From contig CAVTUQ010000009.1 of NCBI GenBank assembly GCA_963737905.1, forward strand, positions 1-64,000: a stretch of 64,000 nt of DNA, written 5' to 3'. Numbering within the stretch: position 1 is the first letter of the stretch; the number at the start of each line of letters is the position of its first letter. Source of the stretch: an uncultured delta proteobacterium. Lineage in GTDB: Bacteria > Desulfobacterota > Binatia > UBA9968. This document shows, piece by piece, positions 1 to 7,622 of the stretch. The notes below the pieces were generated by a model, which was given only the letters and a program-made list of their open reading frames with translations, did no database searches and was not told the DNA's origin. The position numbers were made by a program, and so were the translations under genes.

Positions 1-207
1 GTCATCGATCCATTTCCTTGCGAATGTCAGGCCTGCCAGCTCAGCTTCTTCTTCGGTTGCAAAGCCGTGCTTAACATCAAACCGCCTAAACTGTTTACGA
101 CGACCATCGGTCCAGTTTATAAGAACCTGAGCGGTCCAACGCTCGCTGTCGGGAAGGAGATGTCTCGGCACGCTCTGGATATGATGTCCCTTGTAATCCT
201 CGTCCAT
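1..207 (-). CDS. Small YKGHxI...EAExxG...KWID family protein, copy 1 (runs off window)
   Basis: Manual translation from ATG 207: MDEDYKGHHIQSVPRHLLPDSERWTAQVLINWTDGRRKQFRRFDVKHGFATEEEAELAGLTFARKWIDD. Not in the ORF track. Confidence 0.8.
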   Translation of the reverse strand, partial: MDEDYKGHHIQSVPRHLLPDSERWTAQVLINWTDGRRKQFRRFDVKHGFATEEEAELAGLTFARKWIDD

Positions 208-209
208 GT

Positions 210-425
210 CAGCCGCCGCGTCGCCGCGCGCCGGGTGATTCGCTTCACGTTGATCGTGTCGGCATCTTTTTCAACCTTTGCAGGGTCATAATCCATCTGC
301 AACCCAAGCCATAGCTTTGGGCTGCTGCCGAACGCCGTCGAAAGCCCTATGGACATCTTCGGGGAGATGCCGGACTTCTCATTCACGAGATTGTGAGGGC
401 CTGCCGGGTTATTCCAAGGCGCGTA
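210..425 (-). pseudogene. higA: HigA-family (XRE HTH) antitoxin fragment, 5'-truncated and frameshifted
   Basis: ALGITRQAL / NLVNEKSGISPKMSIGLSTAFGSSPKLWLGLQMDYD matches the HigA pattern. No start codon and no higB partner. Confidence 0.75.
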
Positions 426-452
426 CTTGGCCCCCGAGCGCTTCGTAAACGC

Positions 453-673
453 TTAGAGATCAAGGCTTCCCTACGTCAATCCATTTTTTTGGAGACAATC
501 AGTCCCGCCTTCTCGGCTCGATCGGGCGTGTCGTAACTAAGCTGCCAGTCGATTTGTTTAATAACCTCTCGCGACTATCCATCGAGTATTGTGCAAATTG
601 GTTTCCACGGAAATGCACTGTTATCCTTTTCTGTTGTGACTCCGATAACGTGCCCTTTGTATTGTTTTTTCAT
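453..673 (-). pseudogene. Small YKGH...KWID family protein, copy 2 (in-frame TAG plus indels)
   Basis: MKKQYKGHVIGVTTEKDNSAFPWKPICTILDG*SREVIKQIDWQLSYDTPDRAEKAGLIVSKK. DNA-level paralogue of 4974-5192. Confidence 0.8.
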
Positions 674-773
674 CAAACAAAGCCATCCCTCGCCCTTCTC
701 TCGTTTCAAATTCTATCGTGATTCGGCATTGAGGTTCTGTCTAAAAGTGAACAATCATAAAAATTATCGAAGC

Positions 774-793
774 GCCGGGTTCACGCTCGGCCC
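774..793. repeat. GCCGGGTTCACGCTCGGCCC palindrome, copy A
   Basis: Identical 20-mer at 3641-3660; followed by a T-run. Confidence 0.8.
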
Positions 794-910
794 GTTTTTT
801 CCCTTAGCTAAAAAGGACCGTTCAATGAATTTCGTACAACTCCAACCCTGTGTGTCTACTTATTCAAACACTGTGAAAGGTTACTCTCTTAAATTTTAAG
901 CGTTCCTGCC

Positions 911-926
911 TGGCACGGCTGTTGCG
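911..926 (+). promoter_or_regulatory. sigma54 -24/-12 promoter
   Basis: TGGCAC-GGCTG-TTGCG, exact GG-N10-GC spacing. Confidence 0.75.
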
Positions 927-937
927 CAATACTGAGA

Positions 938-1066
938 TAGGCTATAGCCGACTCGACCCCACGGCGACTATGCCGGCGGTTGATGCTAGTGCGTCCGGCC
1001 TGGGGTACGGCCAATCTTAAGCCGGGATTCATGAGCTCCTTCCTGGGTATCCCGGCCTATTTTTAT
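938..1066 (+). ncRNA. Candidate sigma54-dependent small RNA
   Basis: No ORF after the promoter. Nested helices GCCG..ACCCCA/TGGGGT..CGGC and GCCGG/CCGGC, then terminator GCCGGGAT/ATCCCGGC plus T-run with a CTCCTTCCT loop. Confidence 0.5.
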
Positions 1067-1119
1067 ATCCCATCTCTAACTTTCATGTCTGTGCCGCTGC
1101 TCAGGTCCACCCGATAGCA

Positions 1120-1305
1120 TCAGTCGGTTCTGTGTTGGTGCAGCTGGAGCAATATCGGTGCAGTTAAACTGGACTCGGAATCCAATTTTCCATGGCCGGT
1201 AACTAACCCGGAGTTTTGGGTGCGGTCAACTGATAGCAGTGAGATCAATACGAAAATAACAAAAAGACTCGCCAGAAGAGCGCCCGTAATATCCTTCATA
1301 AACAC
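1120..1305 (-). CDS. Small single-TM hypothetical protein
   Basis: Hydrophobic N-terminal helix, GGGAG RBS, TTGACA upstream at 1407-1412. Confidence 0.5.
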   Translation of the reverse strand: MFMKDITGALLASLFVIFVLISLLSVDRTQNSGLVTGHGKLDSESSLTAPILLQLHQHRTD

Positions 1306-1434
1306 TCCCTATCTCTCTGTTGGTTACCCAACAAAAGTCATTGGGTCGAAAGTAGGTCGTGCGACGATGCGGGACTCTACAGGTTTTCTATCAACTCACT
1401 TTTCCATGTCAAGAAGGGTGATCATTGGGGGTTC

Positions 1435-1602
1435 TCAATTACAGGGCCGCTTCCTAACTCTCGCAGTACCTTTCGAACTGAGGCGGCCTGGGCGAAAGAT
1501 CGTGCCCTGCGAGTACCAGTCAAATCCTGTTGCAAACGTCGGCACGGCTGAACTATCAATCAGGAATGCTTTGTATCGTTCGAGTCCCCACTTCTTAGCC
1601 AC
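1435..1602 (-). pseudogene. Small YK..I...W..G family protein, copy 3 (C-terminal half lost)
   Basis: GTG start: MAKKWGLERYKAFLIDSSAVPTFATGFDWYSQGTIFRPGRLSS, then unrelated sequence. Aligns by eye with the N-half of copy 4. Confidence 0.55.
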
Positions 1603-1608
1603 CGCAGG

Positions 1609-1637
1609 ATACTACTGAAAGTATTTTCAGGTGTCAA
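1609..1637 (-). promoter_or_regulatory. sigma70 promoter with palindromic spacer; probable leaderless start at GTG 1602
   Basis: TTGACA-17-TAGTAT; the spacer contains CTGAAA-ATAC-TTTCAG. Confidence 0.65.
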
Positions 1638-1651
1638 TCCTACCTGGCAAA

Positions 1652-2032
1652 TCATTGAGCCTGTTTCTGAGTCCTATTCAACGGAATGACTTGTCCGTAC
1701 CGCCCCACGGCTTTGATTGCGGCCCGGCAACGTTGATCCGGGGTGGCCCACTGGGAGGGAATATTTTTGGTGCGAGTAATCTTGAAGAGTTCCCTCAAGT
1801 ACTGATCCAAACGTCCAAGCTGTTTCATCTGTTCTTCTATCGGATACGCATGGACGGGGTTGGTCGAATAGTAGGGGACTTTCGCTAATCGCCAATGCCC
1901 GGCCTTATCCTGCTTTTTGCCGACAAGTGCACCTTCATGCTTGTGAACGTTCTTCCAGCCGAAAACCTTTTCAGCCGTTAGTGCGTCCAGCTTTGGACCA
2001 GACGGGATTTTATCGATGGCCATTTGAGCCAT
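1652..2032 (-). CDS. Phage ABA-sandwich domain (BC1872-like) protein
   Basis: LDALTAEKVFGW...VPYYSTN...ATPDQRCRAAIKAV pattern. Confidence 0.65.
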   Translation of the reverse strand: MAQMAIDKIPSGPKLDALTAEKVFGWKNVHKHEGALVGKKQDKAGHWRLAKVPYYSTNPVHAYPIEEQMKQLGRLDQYLRELFKITRTKNIPSQWATPDQRCRAAIKAVGRYGQVIPLNRTQKQAQ

Positions 2033-2246
2033 AACCTGGAAGCAGCGTCCAGTTGACTTCGTATCCACACTTAGCGCAAAGACCACGTATGGGTTGCACG
2101 TTATTTTCGCTTTTCGGTTCCCCGATCACGACACCGAAGTAATGTCGGCAACTAGGACAGGATCGAGGAAGCTATACAGCCATTCTTTCAATTTAGCTCT
2201 GCCGGTGAAGCCGCTCAATACCAGGTGAGTAGTTGGGCTTGCCTCA

Positions 2247-2351
2247 CTACTGCTTGTTAATCCAGACAACTAAGATGGCAACTGCGATCGCAACAATAAC
2301 TACACCTAGAAATGTATAGTCAAAAAAGTCCGCAACGATCAGTTCAACCAT
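2247..2351 (-). CDS. Tiny membrane peptide
   Basis: MVELIVADFFDYTFLGVVIVAIAVAILVVWINKQ, one TM helix. Confidence 0.45.
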   Translation of the reverse strand: MVELIVADFFDYTFLGVVIVAIAVAILVVWINKQ

Positions 2352-2382
2352 AAGTAGCCCCCAAAACTCGTTTGGTGGAGCG

Positions 2383-2623
2383 TCAAGGCCGCTTATCAAT
2401 CCACTCTTGGCACAATTCGAGTCCGTATTTTTCGGCCTGTTTCTTGGTCTTGAACGTTCGCGCGGTCGATTCAATTCGTTTAATTTCTATTGTCTGATTC
2501 AGGTTGCGATCAAAAACCAGTCCCCGTGAGTACCACCGATTCTCCGGTACCGGAACTGCCACTCCATAAATAGGATGGTCCTTGTGTGTTTCATCGGTCG
2601 TCGTCTTTCCTTTGAAAAGCCAT
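2383..2623 (-). pseudogene. Small HKDHxI...AExxGL...WID family protein, copy 4 (1-nt frameshift near start)
   Basis: MA/FKGKTTTDETHKDHPIYGVAVPVPENRWYSRGLVFDRNLNQTIEIKRIESTARTFKTKKQAEKYGLELCQEWIDKRP*. The extra base is in a T-run. Not in the ORF track. Confidence 0.75.
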
Positions 2624-2655
2624 CAGTATAGCCGTTGGTCGCCCAATTACATGAA

Positions 2656-2877
2656 TCATATCTCTTCGAGCGCCGTGTAGTCATGCACTCCGCTACATTG
2701 CGGAGCGAAGCGGGCCCACTTAAAAACTTTGCCGTCCTTCTTTCGCACGAAACGGTAGGGAATTTCGCCGCGCGTCGCGGGCCTCCCATTCTCGCCGATG
2801 TAGTCAAAGTCATCTCGCAATTCACGCGCTGATATCACATAGATTCGATGCGCCGGCACTTCGATCCATTCAGCCAT
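2656..2877 (-). CDS. Small hypothetical protein
   Basis: GGAGG RBS before ATG 2877; MAEWIEVPAHRIYVISARELRDDFDYIGENG... Confidence 0.6.
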   Translation of the reverse strand: MAEWIEVPAHRIYVISARELRDDFDYIGENGRPATRGEIPYRFVRKKDGKVFKWARFAPQCSGVHDYTALEEI

Positions 2878-3121
2878 GTTCGTTAGACCTCCATTCCGCC
2901 ACCGGCAAACCCCACGACCCGCTCGTAGCGCTTGACGGCGCGCTCCAGGTCTGGTGTCATCGGTTAGTTCCAGTTCCCAAGAGAGAGTCCAGGGCAATAA
3001 GATCAACCATACTATCACAGCTGGAGTAATCTTCCTCCTGAGGCTTTAGGCTGAGAAGAAAGGTCTGATCACTTATGTTAAACCAGGCTGCCTTTGCCAA
3101 TTCACTTGCGATTCTAACCGG

Positions 3122-3196
3122 CGCCACTCACGATCCGGAAATTCCACAGAGATTTACAGATTGGCCCGTCAGCTTGAGAAGATGGAGAAGGAGTAA
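3122..3196 (+). pseudogene. 3' fragment of THD(P/E)E helical micro-protein
   Basis: ATHDPEIPQ/IYRLARQLEKMEKE*, paralogous to 3702-3836. Confidence 0.5.
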
Positions 3197-3228
3197 GGGA
3201 AGGGCTAAGGAAACACACGAATCGGAAG

Positions 3229-3456
3229 TTAACGCCGTACCCTAGGAATTGATGTGCGTTTGCTTACTGAATTTCCCCACCAGCGACAGTTCTTTCGCGC
3301 CCGCTTCTCGATGCATTCAGGGCAGAAGCCATCTATCGGCGGATACTGCGGATTTTTCACTTCCTCGTATGCCACCGCTGGCCAGTGAGAGCAATTCGTG
3401 CAAAAGTGCCAGTGCGTGCTAGCTATTGCTCGGCGGTACCGCGCTTTTATAATCAC
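3229..3456 (-). CDS. Small Cys/His-rich putative zinc-finger protein
   Basis: WHFCTNCSHWP...CPEC...C motif. Confidence 0.65.
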   Translation of the reverse strand: MIIKARYRRAIASTHWHFCTNCSHWPAVAYEEVKNPQYPPIDGFCPECIEKRARKNCRWWGNSVSKRTSIPRVRR

Positions 3457-3635
3457 GCCTAAGACATATCACAATTGACTCCTACCTTCCGTCAGGATCA
3501 CGACACGCGAATCGACGGACATATTGATCCAACCAATCTTGTAAATCGTTGAGTTGAAAGGCATCGTCGGAATTACCTCCGGCTTCCACCAAAATTCCTG
3601 ACCATAATTCCGCCGCGCATCCCGCATGATCCGAT

Positions 3636-3663
3636 AAGGGGCCGGGTTCACGCTCGGCCCCTT
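3636..3663. repeat. AAGGGGCCGGGTTCACGCTCGGCCCCTT palindrome, copy B
   Basis: Hairpin; core identical to 774-793. Confidence 0.8.
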
Positions 3664-3701
3664 GTCATTACCACCGGATGGGAACATACTGCGCCACCCA
3701 C

Positions 3702-3836
3702 ATGACCGCCGAAGAACTCGAAAAACGTATGGATGAATTAGCCCGTGAGTTCGCGAAAACTCATGACGAGGAAGTTAAAGCGGAACTCGAAGCATTGAGA
3801 GGGCGTATTGTCGCAATGAAGAGACGACTGATTTAG
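3702..3836 (+). CDS. 44-aa helical micro-protein (MDELAR..THD family)
   Basis: MTAEELEKRMDELAREFAKTHDEEVKAELEALRGRIVAMKRRLI*; below the ORF-track cutoff. Confidence 0.6.
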   Translation: MTAEELEKRMDELAREFAKTHDEEVKAELEALRGRIVAMKRRLI

Positions 3837-3895
3837 GTCGGCCCTTAGGCACACCCACAAGGTTTTAGTAGCATCCATAAAGGGAGGAAATCGCG

Positions 3896-4279
3896 ATGGA
3901 CGAAACGCGCATTTACTCTGTCGATTCCGAAACGTTCAACAAACTGTCTCACGCGAATGATGAGCTGATCCAATATCTACAATGGCTCATTGAACGAAAG
4001 GACTTGGAAGCGATCAATAAATTCAGCCCAATCGTGAGACGAACGACGGACCTATTTCTAGCCATCCTCGAGGGGGCTTTCCCGGAAATATCTCACGTTA
4101 TTGATGCCTTTAAAAAACTTCGCGACGAAATAACTGAGCAGATTGCCCGGGCCAGTACGCCAGAGGAGATTGAGCAACTCTCTAAGCAGGTCGATGAGCT
4201 AACGAGCGACTACCAGAAGCGCATAAATGAAGTTGTGGCAGAAACAAAGCGCCTGGAAAAACAGAGTCGGAAGCAGTGA
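3896..4279 (+). CDS. Coiled-coil hypothetical protein
   Basis: 127-aa ORF, strong GGGAGG RBS, heptad-like helical sequence. Confidence 0.7.
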   Translation: MDETRIYSVDSETFNKLSHANDELIQYLQWLIERKDLEAINKFSPIVRRTTDLFLAILEGAFPEISHVIDAFKKLRDEITEQIARASTPEEIEQLSKQVDELTSDYQKRINEVVAETKRLEKQSRKQ

Positions 4280-4301
4280 GGGGCCGGTCTGGCCCCCTTT
4301 T
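4279..4301 (+). terminator. AGGGGCCGG-TC-TGGCCCCC hairpin plus T-run (palindrome variant C)
   Basis: Directly at the stop codon of 3896-4279. Confidence 0.65.
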
Positions 4302-4347
4302 GCTTTTTGTTCTCGCCGTCCGATAGAGACGCGCTTAGGGAATTAAC

Positions 4348-4539
4348 ATGCAACTTAAAAGCACTTTAAAATGTCCAAACTGTGGCCATACGGAACAGGT
4401 CATCATGCCATTGGATTACTGCCAGTTTTCCTACGACTGCAAGTCGTGCCACGAAATAATGAAAGCCAAACAGGGGTATTGCTGCGTGTTTTGTTCTTAT
4501 GGTGATGTGCCATGCCCGTCGGTTCAGAAATCATATTAA
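4348..4539 (+). CDS. GDCCVxC-domain metal-binding protein
   Basis: STLKCPNCGH..MP..C...YDCKSC...K.GYCCVFCSYGDVPCPSVQ. Confidence 0.85.
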   Translation: MQLKSTLKCPNCGHTEQVIMPLDYCQFSYDCKSCHEIMKAKQGYCCVFCSYGDVPCPSVQKSY

Positions 4540-4596
4540 TCTATCACCGCTCCCAACTCCGGCGCTCTCTCCGGCAACGGTGCCCCCTGGTTCAAA

Positions 4597-4809
4597 ATGC
4601 TGATTTTCCACTGTAGCGACTGTAAGGAGACGATTAACAGCGCCGATGACGAAAGCGTCAAACAGGTCTTTGACAGGCTCGACGAGCATATAGCGAAATG
4701 CCCGCGGGCGACGTTTACTTTCGAGGGAACGACGGACGTTGCCCGGCAGAGAGTTGACAATTTACGATCAGTCATTAAGCGCCTTGCGGGTAAGTTACGG
4801 CCACACTGA
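4597..4809 (+). CDS. Small C2HC zinc-binding hypothetical protein
   Basis: CSDC...HIAKC motif. Confidence 0.55.
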   Translation: MLIFHCSDCKETINSADDESVKQVFDRLDEHIAKCPRATFTFEGTTDVARQRVDNLRSVIKRLAGKLRPH

Positions 4810-4973
4810 TCATTGGCTTGAGCAAAAGAACTCAACGCAACCTGCTTTGAGTAACTTCCCCCGCTTTAAACTTTTCAACCGATACCTAGCGCTGTTGCCC
4901 CTAGCGGTAAACCTCGCCAGTGATCGGGTTAAGTTTGCTGACGACGAGTTGGCTCCGACCGCTTCGTAAAGGC

Positions 4974-5192
4974 TTAAAGATTAGGCTTCCCTGCGTCAAT
5001 CCATTTTTTCGAGATTAGCAGTCCTACCTTCTCGGCTTGATCAGGCGTGTCGTAACCAATATCCCAGTCCAACTGCTTAATAAGTTCTCTCGAGCGTTGA
5101 TACATTATTCTGCAAATTGGTTTCCACGGATATGCGCCTTTATCCTTTTCTGTTGTGACTCGGATAACGTGCCCTTTGTATTGTTTTTCCAT
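4974..5192 (-). CDS. Small YKGH...KWID family protein, copy 5 (intact)
   Basis: MEKQYKGHVIRVTTEKDKGAYPWKPICRIMYQRSRELIKQLDWDIGYDTPDQAEKVGLLISKKWIDAGKPNL. Confidence 0.8.
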   Translation of the reverse strand: MEKQYKGHVIRVTTEKDKGAYPWKPICRIMYQRSRELIKQLDWDIGYDTPDQAEKVGLLISKKWIDAGKPNL

Positions 5193-5339
5193 TGAAACCT
5201 TTGCCTTCTCTCGTTTCAAATGCGTATCGTGATTCGCCATATGGTTCTGTCTAAAAGTGAACAATCATGAAAATTATCGCGTTTTTTGGGTCTCATCGGG
5301 CTGCGAGCTTGAGAAGATGAGAAGCTAAGGAAAACAGCG

Positions 5340-5370
5340 AGGGGCCGGGCTTCGGTCTGGCTCTGCTTTT
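5340..5370 (+). repeat. AGGGGCCGGGC-TTCG-GTCTGGCTCT palindrome (variant D)
   Basis: Same GGGGCCGG stem with a C(TTCG)G loop and T-run. Confidence 0.65.
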
Positions 5371-5401
5371 CGCTTTGGCCTTGGGATAAGGTAGGACTGC
5401 T

Positions 5402-5641
5402 ATGGCAGAAGCGCACCAGTATCGGGGCCACACTATCAGATTCACAGTACAGCGAAGTCCCGTGACTCTTTACTGGCGCGCAAGAGGAACCATTGAATAC
5501 ACCGAAGGCGGAAGGTTTTGGACTTTCATTATGACTGGAGCAATTGATACCTTCACAATAGAAGCCGAAGCTGAACACGGATTCCTTCAACAAGCGCAAA
5601 AATGGGTCGATGATCGGCTCGGTTCCAAAAGCCCGCTATGA
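5402..5641 (+). CDS. Small YRGH...KWVD family protein, copy 6 (intact)
   Basis: MAEAHQYRGHTIRF...YWRARGTIEY...FTIEAEAEHGFLQQAQKWVDDRL. Confidence 0.8.
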   Translation: MAEAHQYRGHTIRFTVQRSPVTLYWRARGTIEYTEGGRFWTFIMTGAIDTFTIEAEAEHGFLQQAQKWVDDRLGSKSPL

Positions 5642-5850
5642 CCGTCTTTAAAGCCCTCGCCATTCTCGAAGCCGCAGTGTTGGAATGTAAGCAAAGAAAC
5701 GTCAACACGCCGGAAGTGACAGAGAGACTCTAGATTTCCTAGAGCCGCACATCCGGCCCACGTAGTTGATTCCGCCGTACCGACACTCGCTCGATAGGCA
5801 CGGCGACCTCGATTATGATCGCGAGGGTCAACAGCAAGTGCTCCGCAGGC
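5638..5850 (+). pseudogene. Degraded hypothetical gene translationally coupled to copy 6
   Basis: ATGA overlap; MTVFKALAILEAAVLECKQRNVNTPEVTE/LDFLEPHIRPT*... with a frameshift and a stop. Confidence 0.45.
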
Positions 5851-5940
5851 TTGGCATGCCTCAGTTTTTAGGTGAGATATGGCAACGGCCAGATCAGCCC
5901 ATTGGTCAGGTTATGGGTTATCGCTTTGTTGTTATGGGAA

Positions 5941-6042
5941 GGTGACGGGTGACACTAGGTGACGCAGATTTTAGAAAGTCCCTTATAAAGATGATTTATA
6001 GGAAGTTATCAAAAACAGCTGCATCATGTGTCACCGGTCACC
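5941..6042. other. Iteron-type replication origin remnant (P4/satellite-like)
   Basis: Three GGTGAC, an AT-rich core, then two inverted GTCACC. Confidence 0.55.
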
Positions 6043-6242
6043 GGGAGAGCGTTGCTATCTTGGGTTGGCGCTTGGCACTGAGTCGCTTCCCGCAACGACT
6101 TTCTCGTACTCCGCCAGTATGACGCGCTGGATCATGTTTCGCGTTACGGGAGGACGGTAGGCGCAACTTCTCTTGTGGTTTGGTTCGAGTAGAAAACCAA
6201 AGCTCGTAAACAATAGAAACTTCGTAGAGCAGGACCGGTTCT

Positions 6243-6683
6243 TTATCTTTTTTTCTTAGTAGCCGTTGCCTTTCGGATTATCGCAGCGCACTTCATGGCG
6301 TCTGCGTCAGACTCAAATCCAAAAACCGCCGAATATTTTCTCCCTACCACCTGGGCGACGAGAAAATCCATGTTGATCCCCGCACCGGCAATGGCCTGCG
6401 CGGTTGCATAGCCAAGGCCCGCCCTGTTATCGCCCTCGACCAGCAGAGCCGGGATTACTGACGCGCTGAATCCCGCTTCCTTGGCCGCGGTAACGGACTT
6501 CCTCCCCATAACCGGATAAAGCTCAATTGCGGCCTTGGATTCCTGGTGCGGAAAGCGATAGGCCATTACCACATGGATGTCTGTGCCGGCGTTGGCAAGC
6601 GGCGCAAGAGCGTTAGCAAAAATTCCGGTCCTATTCTCAATCTCTTTTCGCCACAGCACAATCTTTTTAACGGTCACTGCCAT
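6243..6683 (-). CDS. Tandem ACT-domain protein
   Basis: Two ENRTG/DNRAGL...A..GIN ACT-like repeats; AAGGAGG RBS. Confidence 0.75.
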   Translation of the reverse strand: MAVTVKKIVLWRKEIENRTGIFANALAPLANAGTDIHVVMAYRFPHQESKAAIELYPVMGRKSVTAAKEAGFSASVIPALLVEGDNRAGLGYATAQAIAGAGINMDFLVAQVVGRKYSAVFGFESDADAMKCAAIIRKATATKKKR

Positions 6684-6852
6684 ATTGGGTGCCTCCTTCT
6701 CGTCTCAAGAATTGCTTCGCGGTTCTTCGTAACGCGATTCTATTGCGGACCGACTACGGCTGCAAGGTGCACATCGAGTTGACGCGTCCCGTAGACTTTA
6801 TTAGAAGGGTGCAGAAATAGCCGTGCTTCAACCTACGCGGGAGGTGATCCGC

Positions 6853-7095
6853 ATGAATCAACGATCATTTTCCTTGCTCACCGGAATCATATTCATCATC
6901 ATCGCCCTATTGCATCTCCTTCGGATCATCTACGGCTGGGATCCAGTTGTCGAAGGCTGGACAGTACCCAAATGGATAAGTTGGATAGCTTTGATCATCT
7001 CCGGATACTTTGGGTATGAAGGGTTGCGTTTAGCTATCAAATCGAGACGGAGTTACCGGGGCTCGAAAAGAAACGCCATTGAACGTGATCGTTAG
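6853..7095 (+). CDS. Small two-TM membrane protein
   Basis: GGAGG RBS; IF..IALLHLLRI..GW...GW.VP.W.SW. Confidence 0.7.
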   Translation: MNQRSFSLLTGIIFIIIALLHLLRIIYGWDPVVEGWTVPKWISWIALIISGYFGYEGLRLAIKSRRSYRGSKRNAIERDR

Positions 7096-7240
7096 TCTGA
7101 TAAACTCTTGATCCAGGCTTGCCGCTTAATGTGGGTCGCGCGTAATTAGAAAGGAATAAGACTGGGATCAGCTCCGCCCGGACACATCGCCGTCCCGCCG
7201 TTCCCCTCATCTCGTCTATTCTTTCTTCTCTCGATTTTGG

Positions 7241-7540
7241 CTACTCTCTGGCGTTGCGCGTCGTCGTCCATACAGCCAGCGCGCCCATGCCGAGGCCGAT
7301 CGCGAAGCCGAGGCCCACTGAGCGTAACGGATCGTGTTTGACGCGATGGGCCGCATCTTCCATCAAGTCTTCAGCGGCATAACGGCTGCGCTTGGCCAAC
7401 CGCTTGGCCTCAGTCACTGTATCTTCGACGGCGTGAGAAGCTGCGGTTTTCAAGCGCGCGGCTTCGCCTCCCACTTCCACCAGCCGCTCTGCAACGTGCA
7501 TGGTTTTCCCGAGCAAGCCGTTTTTCTCGTTCCCTTCCAT
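7241..7540 (-). CDS. DUF883/ElaB-YqjD-like tail-anchored protein
   Basis: Helical body followed by VKHDPLRSVGLGFAIGLGMG; AAGGAGG RBS. Confidence 0.75.
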   Translation of the reverse strand: MEGNEKNGLLGKTMHVAERLVEVGGEAARLKTAASHAVEDTVTEAKRLAKRSRYAAEDLMEDAAHRVKHDPLRSVGLGFAIGLGMGALAVWTTTRNARE

Positions 7541-7622
7541 AATCGATTCCTCCTTTTTTTCATTCAGTTCGGCTGATATAGGACTTTTCTCGTTTTTACG
7601 TTCTCAGCTAATTTTGATGTAT

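Noticed and set aside
1455-1520. Riboswitch or pseudoknot-like pairing (CTCGCAG/CTGCGAG, GGCCGC/GCGGCC)
   Set aside because: It lies in the truncated coding paralogue 1435-1602 and matches no riboswitch consensus I recognise.
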